A stretch of DNA of 63,503 nucleotides, counting the filler, from Octopus bimaculoides (taxonomy: Eukaryota): the NCBI RefSeq assembly GCF_001194135.2. It is 6 parts of 6 records of this genome, joined end to end, with 100 filler letters (N's around TTAATTAATTAA, not from the genome) between each part and the next. Parts side by side here need not be neighbours in the genome. Positions count along the whole stretch, not along the records: positions 43,402 to 60,654 come from NC_068985.1; positions 60,755 to 62,255 come from NC_068983.1; positions 62,356 to 63,503 come from NW_026413729.1; 3 more parts are not named here. The stretch is one strand, 5' to 3'. The position numbers and the translations under genes were made by a program. Positions 50,115-63,503 of the stretch are shown here, in pieces. Each line of letters begins with the position of its first letter. Positions within the stretch are counted from its first letter, which is position 1. Under the pieces are notes generated by a model. The model did no database searches, was not told the origin of the DNA, and saw only the letters and a list, made by a program, of their open reading frames with translations.

Positions 50115-52047
50115 ACGAAAACAAGCCGTGTTTCCACCAGGATTCAAACCATAAACATGTCATTCATTGTACTTCTTGCATAGACTGTATAAAAAATACA
50201 TCTGCCTAGCCAATATACAGCAAATTAATCTGTGTGAGAGGGGTAATTTTTCCAGTATTTCTCTAATAATTTTCAAAAACGATTGAGTAATTTATCAGAT
50301 AGATAAGTTTTATCCCTCATTTCGCAAAACTCAATCCACTTGGCTTATTTTTCATACTATACTGTGCAATAGATTATTGATAATAAATTGTCATATGCAC
50401 AATGAACAGTGAGAGTCAAAATGATGACTTGCATATCTCTTCTTAATGCATTCTGGTAGATTTGAACATGAATATGCTAATTACTGTGACAAAACACAGC
50501 TGTAACTAATTCATTAAGAATAAATATGCAAGTCATTGAGATGATTAGCAATTAAATCTGAAACTTTGATAATCTCTTTTATCTGTTACTTGTTTCAGTC
50601 ATCTGAATGCAGCCATAGTGGAGCACTGCCTTGAAAAATTTAGTTGAACAAATCAACCCAAGTTATTTATTGTCGTTCCCTTTTGCCAAACTGCTAAGTT
50701 TCGGGGATGTAAACGTACCAACACTGTTTGTCAAGTAGTGGTTGGGGACAAACACAGATATACTTTCGGAAACATTTTTTGCATGTCCAGAATTGCTGAA
50801 ACATGGAATAAACTAGAAACTACTCACATCAGTTGTTAGCTGTGAGGATCCTACATCCTTCCAAACTTCCTGAAATCCACCTGATGTCCCCACTTCTTTT
50901 GTTTTAAACAACTCATTCACTATTCACTTCCTGTGCTTTATTCATGCACTTTTGGCTACTTTTTCTAATGAGTTGTGGTATACCTGAGACCTGTACATAA
51001 TAAGTTTGTTATTATATTATCTGACACACACACACCACATATTGCAGACCTACATCCACACAGTTACCATCCACCAAAATTCATTGGTCAGTCCAATGCT
51101 GTAATAGAAGACATTTGCCCAAAGTGTTGCATTGGCAGTGGGACTGAACCTGAAACCACGTAGTTGCAAAGCAAACCCAACCCCTTAATAATACATTCTT
51201 GCCTATGCTGTGTATAAAGTTTTGGGGAATAATCTAAGATTACCAAAATATATGTGAAATGGGAGAAAGGACTAATTAGATCAAAACAAAGTTGACAGCT
51301 AGTTTTTATTTTAAAGCAAGTGTAAGACAATTTCTTCAAGTGTGTGTGCGTTTGTAATATTTTGTATTGTTTTACTTTTTGCTACCTCCTCCCCCCCCCC
51401 CCCCCCCTACATGGTCACTCGATCTGCTAGAAATAACAGCCAAATCTCCTTCACACTACACACTGTCAGCTTTAAAAAAAACAAATAGATGGGACGATTG
51501 TAACTCATATAGTGTTGTTGTTTTGTTTTTTGTATAGAAAAGAGGCTACAGATTGGATTGATCACATACATGATTACTTGACCATACATGGTTACTCAAT
51601 TAGCCAGAAATAGCAGCCAAATCTTATTCAAACTGTATCCTATTATTTTCAAAATAAAAATAGTAAAAATAGATGTGATGGTCATGGCCACAATGTTTTT
51701 TGTAGGGTAACTAGGTACTGATTGGATTGACCATTTACCTAGCCACTCGCTCTGCTAGAAATAGCAGCCAAATCTTATTCAAACTGTATCCTATTATTTT
51801 CAAAATAAAAATAGTAAAAATAGATGTGATGGTCATGGCCANNNNNNNNNNNNNNNNNNNNNNNNNNNNNNNNNNNNNNNNNNNNNNNNNNNNNNNNNNN
51901 NNNNNNNNNNNNNNNNNNNNNNNNNNNNNNNNNNNNNNNNNNNNNNNNNNNNNNNNNNNNNNNNNNNNNNNNNNNNNNNNNNNNNNNNNNNNNNNNNNNN
52001 NNNNNNNNNNNNNNNNNNNNNNNNNNNNNNNNNNNNNNNNNNNNNNT

Positions 52048-52415
52048 ATTTATTGCCTCTGCCTTAGCGAAGGACGAGATATTGTTTTGAGTCGTGTTTG
52101 TTTGTTTGTCTGTGGACAAGATATCTCAAGACCCGCTGGATGGATTCTGATGAAACTTTCAGGGATATTTGGTCTCATGACTGGCACGAGCTGATTAGAT
52201 TTTGGGATCGATCTGGTACCAGACAGGGATTTTGGATTATTCTTCCTGTTTTTTACTTAATTTTTTATAGCAGTCGGGATCATTTTTAGTATCCTCGTTT
52301 GAGAACAATCGAGTGTATTTCAGATATTCTCATTTTAAAAATCATCTCCGGCTAATCGTTGAGAGGACATTGGTGTTGCCTTGGCAGAGGTTTGTGCTTT
52401 CTGAGTGCTCTTGTT
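52048..52415 (+). mobile_element. Non-autonomous Helentron/DINE-like (HINE-type) element
   Basis: 5' attgcctctgccttagcgaagg + (gttt)n, subterminal ccttggcagagg, and 3' stem-loop gtgctttctgagtgc followed by tcttgtt. Confidence 0.6.
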
Positions 52416-55400
52416 CACATTGTTTTGAATTAACCATTATTATATCTTATCTTCAAGATTTCAATGATGTCTTCGTTTATCTTTTTTTATCTTTTACTTC
52501 TTTCAGACTGTGGCCATGCCTTGAATTTTTAGTCAAATGAATCAACCCCAGTACCTTTTTTTTTAAAGCCCGGTGCTTATTCTATCAGTCTCTTTTGGCA
52601 AACTGCTAAGTTACAGGAACATAAACACCAGTTATCAAGTGGTGGTGGGGAACAAATACAAATACACACGCTCACATGTATATGATAGGCTTCTTTCAGT
52701 TTCCGTCTACCAAATCCACTCACAAGGCCCTGTTCAGCCCAAGGCTATAGTAAAAAAAAATACTTGCCCAGGGTGCCATGCAGTGGGACTGAGCCCAGAA
52801 CCATGTGGTTGGGAAGCAAGCTTCTTACCACGCAGCCATACCTGCACTTATGTGATTGTTTATTTTTGCAACTACATCATTGGGTAGATGTGAGAGGCTG
52901 GATCTGTCCAGGTTGAAAAAATTAGATGGGAAAGTCAGTTTATAATGTTTTCGGTCATTTGTATGCCTAGTAAAGGCCAACATAGAACTCAACAGTAACA
53001 ACTGGGTTTTGGGGACTAAAAGATTTTTTTTTTTTTTTTTTTTTTTACTTCAAAGGCATGTGACAGGATATTAGAAATATTTTCTGTCTCTTCCATATGA
53101 AAATATCTGAGTTGCGAAAATGGAGATGCGGTTAGCACATCCCTTGACAAAGACAGAAGAGATCAATCGATCTTTCTAACACACATGGGCATTGCTCTCT
53201 ACTTTAGAACAACCTATTTTTTTCAAGGTAGTGCTCCAGCATGGCCACAGTCAAATAACTGAAACAAGTAAAAGAATAAAAAGAGCTGATCAGTTATCTA
53301 TTGAGATAACATCAGAATTTCTTCCCTTGCACCTCTGAACTTTGGAATTCCCTTCCGCAGTCTTGTTTTCCTCTTCAATATGACCTCCAGTCTTTTAAGT
53401 CTAATGTACATCGTCACCCATTAACTTCTGTCAAACGTCCATTTTATTCTTGTAGCACTTATGTTTCCAGTGGTCTAAGGACCTTGTAACAAGTGAATGC
53501 TTTAAAAAAAAAGAAAAAAGAAAATTTCTATTATCTTATTTTGTGTCTGCCAGACAAAAGGAGTGAACATAACTGAGTAAAACTGTAATGTCCAAATATG
53601 TTTGATGCACGTTCAAACTGGGGAACAAGCTACTCACTGTGTTTCATCACGGAGAATATATCTCCCCCTCTGTAATAACTGAGTAAATATGCTTGCTTTT
53701 GTTAGTATTTTATTTTATGAATGTTTGGGAGGTTTTAGTTTCCAGAAAGAGAATCACTGGTTCATAGGTATTTAACAATGGTGAGCATGATGACAAAGGA
53801 GTATTTGTGTTTCTGTAGCATTTAGATGGAACAAATGCTACAGAGTATTAGAGTTCAGAGGCACTAATTTCTTGTATTTCTCATTGGTGTTTACCTCTTC
53901 TGTTGATATATATATATATTGATGATCAATAATCACACACATTAATGTAGCAATCTGACTGAATCATTGAGCATACTGGCTGAAATGCCTGAATATTCAG
54001 TGCTACATTATGCAACATGTCTTGTTGCCTTTTTAGTATAGTAAGGTGTGGTTTGGGGGAGAATTTAGCTGGTATTTCTAACAGAATGAGAGACCACAAA
54101 TAGGTATCCTTGTTAACTTGACAGATGTCTTATCTTAGAAGTTCTTTCCGCCTCAACAAATAATCAAAACATTCAAATGGTGATGACAATCTCATATTAC
54201 AAACTAAACTACCTTCAATTTCTTGTCCTATGATTAATTAAAATTTTTTTTTTTACCAGTAATATTTTATACTACATGAATCTATCATTTTATTTTTTCT
54301 CTGTAAATATCATCTTTTGCTTTAATTATTCTCCTCCACAATTTATTTGGTTCATTTTCATTGTTTGCATTCCTCTAGCAATATGTTCGTTCATTTCTCC
54401 TCATCTAGGACAATGCTACTACTACTACACACAACTTTTGGTCCATAGATGTCTTATCTCCACTCACTGCTTTTCTTCTACTACTACAGCAAACTTCATT
54501 CTACACCACTGATTGCTCTCAAACTACTGTCACTCAAACAACTTTACCTAACTCATCTCTCCTCTTCTCACCCACACTGTCCAGCCCCCAGACCCCTCAC
54601 TAACCATTATACCCTTCCTCCTCAGAACTTTGCTCTCCCTCTGCATATGTTTTTTCTGCAGCTGTCAAGAGGAAAGACTATTAACTGCTCAATCTCACTA
54701 ATCTGAGAGAGCCTGTGAGGGCTACAGGCACATTTCCTTTCCTACAGACCAATCTAATGAAAAAAAGTTTCCTTACATATTCATACGATCTTTATTTTTG
54801 TAACTAGAATATGATCCTTTTAATTATTAACTGTCAATCATGAATTTCTAATGTTATTTCCAATATTTTTTACTATCATTTAGTATCACTATTAATCCAG
54901 ACATCTCTCCTTTTCTTTTTTTATGAGGTGGTGCTACCATTCTTGCTAACTAAATTATCTGAGAAACCTCATTCTTTTTTGGTATTATACTTCCTGTATC
55001 AGCTTGACGCAGAATTAGGGCCAATATCTATTGATGAATATTTTCAATGGAATTTAACTTTGTATTTTATTAATTTTATTCACCTCGGTGTATTAATGAT
55101 TCTGTTGACTTGGTGTCTCACCAGTTTTATTGATCTTGATGTATCATTAATCTTATTGAACTCTGTATATTTACCGGTTTTAAAATTTTCACTAAAATAT
55201 GGAATGAAAGGCCAAGTCAGTCATTGCAAGATTTCAGTTTATGAACAAAAAAAAAACAAAGCATTTAACCAAATATTCTATTATTTGTACCAACTCTTGA
55301 TGCCGATCAGTTAATCCTTTTGATACTAACCTGCAATGATGGCCTTCTGATTCTGTGATACAAAATTTGTTTTGAGGGGTTGATATTTCAATTAAAACCT

Positions 55401-56921
55401 TCCATCATAATTTTATATGAAAATCTTTTGCTAAGTTATATTCAGAATAGTAGTTTAGAAATGGAAAAGTTAGTTATTTTACTAAATCCTTCCAAATCCC
55501 TTGATTATTTTCAAAATTAACTGAAACACGTAGTCAGTGTAATTCATTTTACTTACCTATAACTTTTACCCCAACACCAGATAAAGAGAAAGGCCCAAAA
55601 CATTAGACTCTAAATGCCTCACTACTGCAACTTTAGTATTAAACTATTCCATTTCATCAGAGATATAGTCAAAAAAAGTGTCATGAAAAGTGTAAAGTTC
55701 TTTACAGACAATGGTAAATGCTGGAGGTAACACAATGAAGGCATTAATTAGTCGGTCAGAGAGGTTTCCATTTTTTGTGTATAAAATATATGTTGTTCTG
55801 ATGAGATGCCTTCAGAGAGGAAGAGGTGGGATTATGGAACTAGATTGGGATAGTTCAGAGCCATGTTGAAGATGATAACTTAGATTACTATAGATTTGTA
55901 TTTAAGAATGCAAGACTTATCAAACATGATAGCTGGGAGAATTAAAGGCAAAACCTAAAGTAATGGATGTGAAATATGTAACAAAGTTATTGTACTGCAA
56001 AAATGTCTATGTTCAGCAGAGATTGAAAGAGAAATTGCTCAAAGCTGGTAACAGAACAGAATCCACAACCACAGTTAATGTAAGTTGAAAGGTTTTAGTT
56101 GTATCCTTACTTCATTGCAAAGATTTTATATAAAAGAGTCATCTTGTGTTGCTATTTTTTAATAGTTACAAAACTTTGAAAGCTTGGTTTTGCTTACAAA
56201 GTAAATAAATGAGATGCAATATTTAAAACAACAAAGAAATATGCTACTTTGGAAACCTTTCTTATATTTTGTTTCTTTCTTTAAATTGAAAAAATAATTG
56301 TGAAAATATTTCTGTATATTCTGGCTGAGTGAAGCTTATTTACAACAATTTGAAAGTAAATTGAACATTTTCTTTCAAACTATTTTTTTATATTTAAATT
56401 AAATGGCAAAACAATTTTCAATTATCTTTGTTATTCAAAATTTACCAAGAATACATTTTTGTTTTATTCAAATAAATTTTAAAATCTTATCTTGAATTTT
56501 GATTTGTATTTCACTGAACAGATGTTTTATTTTTTAAAAAAAACTTGATCCAAGTTACATTATCTTGTTTAGAAGATGATAATTCATTCAAAAAGTGGCA
56601 GCAACATATATTTTTAGTAGCTTGGCTAAGGAATTGGTAAAGGTTAGTGATATGACATCTTAGTCACAATATCGTCTCTTGACTCATGGTTTAAAATGCT
56701 GCTGCCTTTGATAAGTGATGAGATAAAAGTAAAGTGGTACAAATACATCCAGCCTTGAAAATATCAAGCTATGTAGATATGATGTTAGCTACTCACTTTG
56801 TTGAACAGGTAGTACAGAAAAGTTTTTCATCAATGGCAGGCATGATCTACTGAAGAGGCAGAGAAAATGCAGTGGAAGAAGTGATTACAATGATAAACTA
56901 GTGCCTGCCAGACTTGTTTAA

Positions 56922-57836
56922 CTCTTTAGCATTTAAACTGGTTGTATCCACCCAAAATATTCTTCCGGTTTTATGTTCAAATTGGCCAGATCCAGCTACT
57001 CATACCTACCCTACAATGTTAATCTAAAAATTTACAGTCATATAATCAAAATCTCAAGGCTACAAAATAATGCAGGATAAATTCAAAACAATGTGAACTA
57101 GAAAAGCACTCGGAGAGCACAGACCTCCACCAAGCAGCTCATTTCCACCCATATACACGCATACTGAAAATTACTCAATTTCCTAAACCACCGCCGGCAA
57201 AAACATAACCTCATTGGCGGGGTTAAAAAAAAAAAAAACACAGCCATATGATTTTAAAAAAACCAAAAAAAAACCTCCTTTAAAAACAGGAATCATCTGA
57301 AGCAGTTATAATACATCAATGACAACACCAAGCTAGTTTCACAGCGGCGGTGGAGGGAGCAAAGCCTGAGCTTTTTGAGTCGATCCCAATAGTCAAGGCT
57401 TGTTATGTCATCCTCCGCAGACCTCCGCCAAGCAGTTCATTTTAAGACAGATAAGCGAGTAAAATTACTAATAGAGAAACGAAAATAAACTTTGGAAACA
57501 GCAACGCCACCATAGGTTAAGTGGAAACGATGAACGTGTTTTCAAGGGAGATAATCAAAGAAAGTAACATTGTAATACTTCATGTAAAATAAATATAACA
57601 AATGAAAAATCCTTCAAGAATCCATAAAAATTCCCGGATGACTACCAAAATTTCATCATCTGTTCCTTGTGTCATTACCAACTTTTCCTGCAAATTTCAT
57701 CAAATACCATTCAAAACTTTTTGAGTTATTTTGCACATAAACGGACAAGCCAACGCCAGTGAAAACATAACCTCCTTCCTTGGCGGAGGTAATAAATAAG
57801 CATTACATTTAAAGGAATAATCTGAATGTTAAAGGG
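56922..57836. mobile_element. TTAA-flanked piggyBac-like MITE with nested Helentron/Helitron-type insertions (57097-57794)
   Basis: TTAA|ctctttagcatt .. aatgttaaaggg|TTAA. Nested minus-strand units show actag..gcactcggagagcacagacctccaccaag and aaacataacctcc..ttggcggaggtaat termini. Confidence 0.65.
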
Positions 57837-58105
57837 TTAAATACAGTTGAAATTCTTTAAAATAAAACAATTTCCCTTGGCCAGAATATGAAAAAGTGTG
57901 AGGGATGTAATTGTCTTTACTAAACAATAGATTAGTTAAACTCAAAGCACAGGCATGGCCATGTGGTTCAGAAGTTCATTTCACAATTGTGTGGCTTTAC
58001 ATTTTGTTCCATTGTTTGGTACTTTGGACAAGCATCTCCTACTATGACACCAGGCCAAGCAATGCCTTGAGTGAATTTGGCTGATAGAAACTGAGGAAGC
58101 CTGTC

Positions 58106-58136
<31 letters not shown>

Positions 58137-60344
58137 TGGCTGTGTGGTAAGTAGCTTGCTTACCAACCACATGGTTCCAGGTTCAGTCCCACTGCGTGGC
58201 ATCTTGGGCAAGTGTCTTCTACTATAGCCTCGGGCCGACCAAAGCCTTGTGAGTGGATTTGGTAGAAGGAACTGAAAGAAGCCCGTCGTATATATGTATA
58301 TATATATGTGTGTGTTTGTCCCCCTAGCATTGCTTGACAGCCGATGATGGTGTGCTTATGTCCCCGTCACTTAGCGGTTCGGCAAAAGAGACCGATAGAA
58401 TAAGTACTAGGCTTACAAAGCATAAGTCCCGGGGTCGATTTGCTCGACTAAAGGCGGTGCTCCAGCATGGCCACAGTCAAATGACTGAAACAAGTAAAAG
58501 AGTAAAAGAGAGTTGGTATGTATGTATGTATGTATGCACATGTGTGTGTGTGTCTTTTGTGTTTGTCCTTACACACCTTGACAACGTGTTGGTTTCTTTG
58601 CATCTCTTTAACTTAGTTTCAACAAAAGAGATTGGTAGAATAAGTACCAGACTTAAAAAAAGAATGAGTGCCTGGGTCAAACCTTCCAGGCAGTGCCCCG
58701 CCATGGCCACAGATTAAAACAAGCCAGGTAAAAGAAATAAAAGAAAAAATATCACTTCAAATCATAAAATTACTGTGAGTTTTTTCTTTTTTCAGGAATT
58801 TTAAAGTAACAATTGTGATAACGAGTGAGGAATGCATTAATCAGGAATTTTAATTGCATTGTTTAGATGAGTCCATCCTTAAACAAACCTTCATCCTACA
58901 ATTGCTTAAACTACGTAAAAGATTCAACTTCCTATCAAGAACCACCAAGTGATTTTATTGATGAACCTCATAGAAATAGCAGCCAAATTACCCTTACATC
59001 ATACTTTACCAGCTTAAAGAAAGAAACACTATGTTAGATAATCCAATCTAATTCTAAATTGACTATTCACTTCCTGTGCATTATTCTATGTCCTGTTCAT
59101 GCAATTGTGGCTACGTTTTCTGATGAGTTGTGCACCTGAGCACTGTATATAATAAGTTCATTATTATTATTATTATTATTATTATCATCATCATCTGAAG
59201 AAAAGAAAATCAAATGGATAGAACAATTTTGATTATAGATCTGTCTAATTAAGATTAAATAGATCTATGATCTTGGGGATTAAATGACATCTTAAAAGAC
59301 CTTTACAACAAAGAATCATTCATATATGTAGAATGGTGTTCTCTTTCATTAGAAAAGGAAACTTTTAGTTGGTCTCAGCTTGCAATCACAGTCAGTCAGT
59401 TACTTTATAATACTAAATGTACTACGCACACAAACACTCACACACACACATACGTGCGTGTGCTCAGTAGTTAGAGCATTGGTCTTATGATACAATCGTG
59501 AGGTTGTGAGTTTGATTCCCAAACCAGGCTGTGTTGTGTTCTTGAGCAAGACACTTTATTTCCTGTCACTCCAGTTCACTCAGTTGTAGAAATGAGTTGC
59601 AACATCACTGGTGCCAAGCTGTATTGGCCTCTTTGCCTTTCCCTTGAACAACATTGGTGGCATGAATAGGGGAGACTGGTATGCATGGATAACTACTGGT
59701 CTTCTACAAACGACCTTGTGCCTCAGAGGGGAACTTTCTAGGTGCAATTCCACGGTCATTCATGACCAAAAGGGGCCTTTACTCTCTCGCTCTCTCTCAC
59801 TATATATATATATATATATATCTGTGTGTGTGTACATGTATTGTTTTCATGTTTTAGATCAGCTTGAAAAATTGTTAAGATACTTTCTTAACTTGGAATC
59901 AATGGTAGCCTTAATACACAAATAATCTTTATCCACCAATGGACTCATTTGCATTGTTCGATATTTATGTATATATATATATATATCCTGTGGCTGGCTC
60001 CTGTGCTGGTAGCATGCAATAAGCACCATGCATGCGTGGGTCATTGCCAGTGCCGCCTGACTGGCTCCTGTGCTGGTGGAATGTTAAAGGCACCCACTAC
60101 ACTCTCGGAGTGGTTGGCATTAGGAAGTGCAACCAGCTGTAGAAACACTGCCAGATCAGGTTGGAGCCTGGTGTGGCCTCCTGGCTTGCCAGTCCCCAGT
60201 CAAACCCATGCCAGCATGAAGAACGGACGTTAAACGATGATGATGATATATATACTGTATCTGTAAAAGACTGTCTTCGATTACGCTCCATAGTTCACCA
60301 GTCAATTGCTTTGTGAATAATATAAATCTTCTTTGTATAATAGA

Positions 60345-60435
60345 CTAGCAGAAATACCCGGCGTTGCCCAGGTTAAAGAGAATAATGAAATCTAAAAACG
60401 CCGTCTAGACTACGTATCATCTTTATATATAGAGA
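60345..60435 (-). mobile_element. 91-bp mini-Helitron
   Basis: Minus strand A|TCtctatatataaag .. gggcaacgccggg-tatttctg-CTAG|T: 5' TC, GC-rich 3' hairpin, CTAG end and AT target. Confidence 0.65.
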
Positions 60436-60824
60436 TGTATATACACGCATGCACCCAAACACACGTATATATATGTATATCAATATAAATATATGAAAGT
60501 CAATGAAGTTTCGTAAAAGAAGGTGATCATGTACATACTTTCTTGCTGTTGTGATTTTAACACCTCGTTGTAAACAATGTTCCTTGTTTTCCCTTGTGGA
60601 GCATATACAAATAGGTTTTTTTTGCTGCCCACTCTTGAGCAGCCAACATACAGTNNNNNNNNNNNNNNNNNNNNNNNNNNNNNNNNNNNNNNNNNNNNTT
60701 AATTAATTAANNNNNNNNNNNNNNNNNNNNNNNNNNNNNNNNNNNNNNNNNNNNTATATATATATATATATATATATATATGCCTGTGTGTGTTTGTGTG
60801 CTTGCGTGTGTGTGGGGGGGGGAA

Positions 60825-60924
60825 CAGGGTGTCCATAAATTACCTTTGCAATTTGGAAACTTTAAAAAAAATAAGGTTAACTCAGCGGCAGAGTTTTGTT
60901 TGAAGGCAAGTTATAGACACCCTG
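60825..60924. mobile_element. 100-bp Tc1/mariner-type MITE
   Basis: TIRs cagggtgtccataa and ttatagacaccctg, followed by TA. Confidence 0.7.
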
Positions 60925-63503
60925 TATCCATGTATTCTGGTTAGAAGAAAAAACGAAAAAGAATTTACAATACATTTAAAACGAGTCGTGCCAGAAGATT
61001 TGAAACGTAAACAGTTATCATCTGTTGAATTTAGAAACGAACCAGTTGCTAAGTAAGTTAAAACGGACAAAAGAAGCGCAAGCTATTTTGTGATTGAGGA
61101 TCCTAAACAAGTCCTCGTTGAAAAAAACCCCAGTTGAAATGTCGATGGAAGTGACCTAGTGAAGAACACGTAGACAATTCTGAAATAAGAGGATCTGAGC
61201 CAGTTGCTACAAAAAAAGGCGTTCTACTGAAAATGCTTCGTTGAGCAATCGTTCTAATGCAAACATTTTGAACAATAATGAAAGTTTGCAGGTAACCGAT
61301 CCAGTTTCTGCCGCGAAAGGTGTAACGAAATGAACAGTTGTTGAAATGAATATATAAGTCTTGCACTCGTATATATACAATCATTCGTACACCTTATGAG
61401 TGGATTTCATTGACGGAAAATGAAAGAAGTCCGTCGATATGCATGCGTAGATATATAAATATATATAATATGCGTTTTGGGGTGTGTGTGTGTATGCATG
61501 TGTCTTTCTGTTGGCGTTTGTCCCCTACCACCGCTTGACAAACAGCATTAGCGTATTTACGTTCATGTATTTGAATGGTTCGGCAGTAGTGATGGATGGA
61601 ATAAGTACCATCTTTAAATTATATGTAATGGACGAATCGGTCGACTAAAATACTTCGAGGTGGTGCTCCAGCATGACTCTATTAATCACTGAAACAAGTA
61701 AACGATAAACGATGATGATAAAAGTTATATATNNNNNNNNNNAACAATATAAAATAAAATGGGAATATAAAATCCTGAGCAGAAAAGAAAAGGAAAAGAA
61801 AAAGAAATACACAGATATTCAAGTAAAAAAATTAAAATAAACTTAAAATAAAAATAAAACTTAAAATAAAATAAAATAAAATAAAATAAAAAAATAAAGG
61901 GAGTCAAATCGGTGGGGCGGGTAATCTAAGAAGTAATAAGAGAAAGTCTGGATAGTCAAGTAAGCTACATCTAAGCTATTTAGATGGGTTGGTGAAGGGT
62001 GGTGAGGAAAAATCTAAATGTAGAAGAAGGAGATAAAGCGATAAATAGATATAGATACAGAGATCTTAAAGGTCGTAAGGGATAGATATATATGAGCTGT
62101 GTCTGTCTATATCAGTGGTGGGTCGTAAATAAGAAGTGTCATGCCAGAATAGACTTGGAACATGAAACATGAAACATGATATTCTTGTGGTGAATGGTCA
62201 GTGGTCAACCAAAGCGAATTACAACTTAAGTGTACTAACCTATCTACATACACTTNNNNNNNNNNNNNNNNNNNNNNNNNNNNNNNNNNNNNNNNNNNNT
62301 TAATTAATTAANNNNNNNNNNNNNNNNNNNNNNNNNNNNNNNNNNNNNNNNNNNNTGGTGGTGGTGGTGGTGGTGGTGGTGGTAGTGGTGGTAGTGGTGG
62401 TGGTGATGAGAGCAAATCTCGCTTAAAGTAAAAGGTGTAAAAACACCACATCTCAGTATCTTCGCAGACTCCCAGACACATTACTATGTCTTTGGCCTTC
62501 GTCAGTGCGAGATACGGAAGAGAGATAACTCGAGCAGATTCTAAAGCCGTACCTTTAACTTAAAACCATCAGTGTTTGTGTGCGTGCATGTGTGCGTGTG
62601 TTTGTCTCTATATCTGTTTGTCCCCCATCTCACCATTTCACAACCGTCTCCATAACGTAGCGATTCGGCTAAAAAGAAACGATAGAATTAATACCAGATT
62701 TTTAAAATAGATTAATAAAACATGAATCCTGGGGTCGATTTGTTTGACGAAAAAACCCTTCAAGGCGGTGCCCCAGCATGGTCGCGCTCAGTGACTGAAA
62801 CAAATAAAAGATAAAAATTAATTCAAAGAATCTTCTATTTCAAAAAGCAATACTTAAACAAAAATGTGTATAATTGGTGATGAATTTGGTTGTTATTTCT
62901 CCCATGTCACACGGTCTCATAAAGGCCCCGTTAATATTGGTTCCATTTTCCATAGAATTAAGTGGATGTGGGGTAAATTTCCTGTAGGCAGATTTCCAAA
63001 AGAAAAACCAGCTTTCCTCTTCGCCAAAATATGATATAACTAAAGCTGATTAAAGTTATGCTAGTGGTTTTTCCAACAACTTTCTTCGCCTTTTTCTTAT
63101 ATTTTTCGTTATAAATTAACTTTATATTTCCAAGTTAATATTAACTTTCTCTTTTTCTGCCGCCTAAAGAACGAAAACTTCAATAATAAATTCCAACTTT
63201 TGAAAAAAAGAAAAGAAGAAAATAAAAAAATAAATTTTAAAATGAAATTAACAGTTGAAAAATAAATAACTAAATAAATTTAAAGATAAAATGACAAACC
63301 AAAATAATAAAATTTTCCAGAATATTTCTAGATGCCTTGTGAAGGCAAAAACATGAATAAGAGCTACTGCCGCAAAATAATAACACTAAGAAAAGAACAA
63401 AATGAAACGGCACTACAAACGCTAATATGTGCAATATTATAGAAAATAAGATGCTTACACATACAGAAATATATAGACGCATATATATATATATATATAT
63501 ATA

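Overview
AT-rich, microsatellite- and SINE-dense animal genomic DNA with many N-gaps and TTAATTAATTAA scaffold linkers. The repeat families suggest a cephalopod, probably Octopus (inference). Two spliced host genes are recoverable. (1) A minus-strand EndoU/XendoU-family endoribonuclease: four coding exons at 34599-34502, 33155-33063, 29923-29773 and 28240-27977, with the catalytic His/His/Lys residues present; at least one middle exon is probably in the gap at 30301-31144 and the first exon was not located. (2) The last four coding exons of an unidentified plus-strand gene (46191-50114). Most of the rest is decayed mobile DNA: Penelope-like elements (PLE) with inverted 3' ends, Tc1 and mariner transposases, RTE and R4-like LINE fragments, at least five SINE families, Helitron/Helentron-type and piggyBac-like MITEs, and satellites. 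The most interesting signals are in the EndoU locus: PLE-type minimal hammerhead ribozyme motifs (27704-27751, plus a pair in a ~215-bp-arm inverted repeat at 31372-31910) and two splice acceptors built on microsatellites. No prokaryotic features or CRISPR arrays were found.
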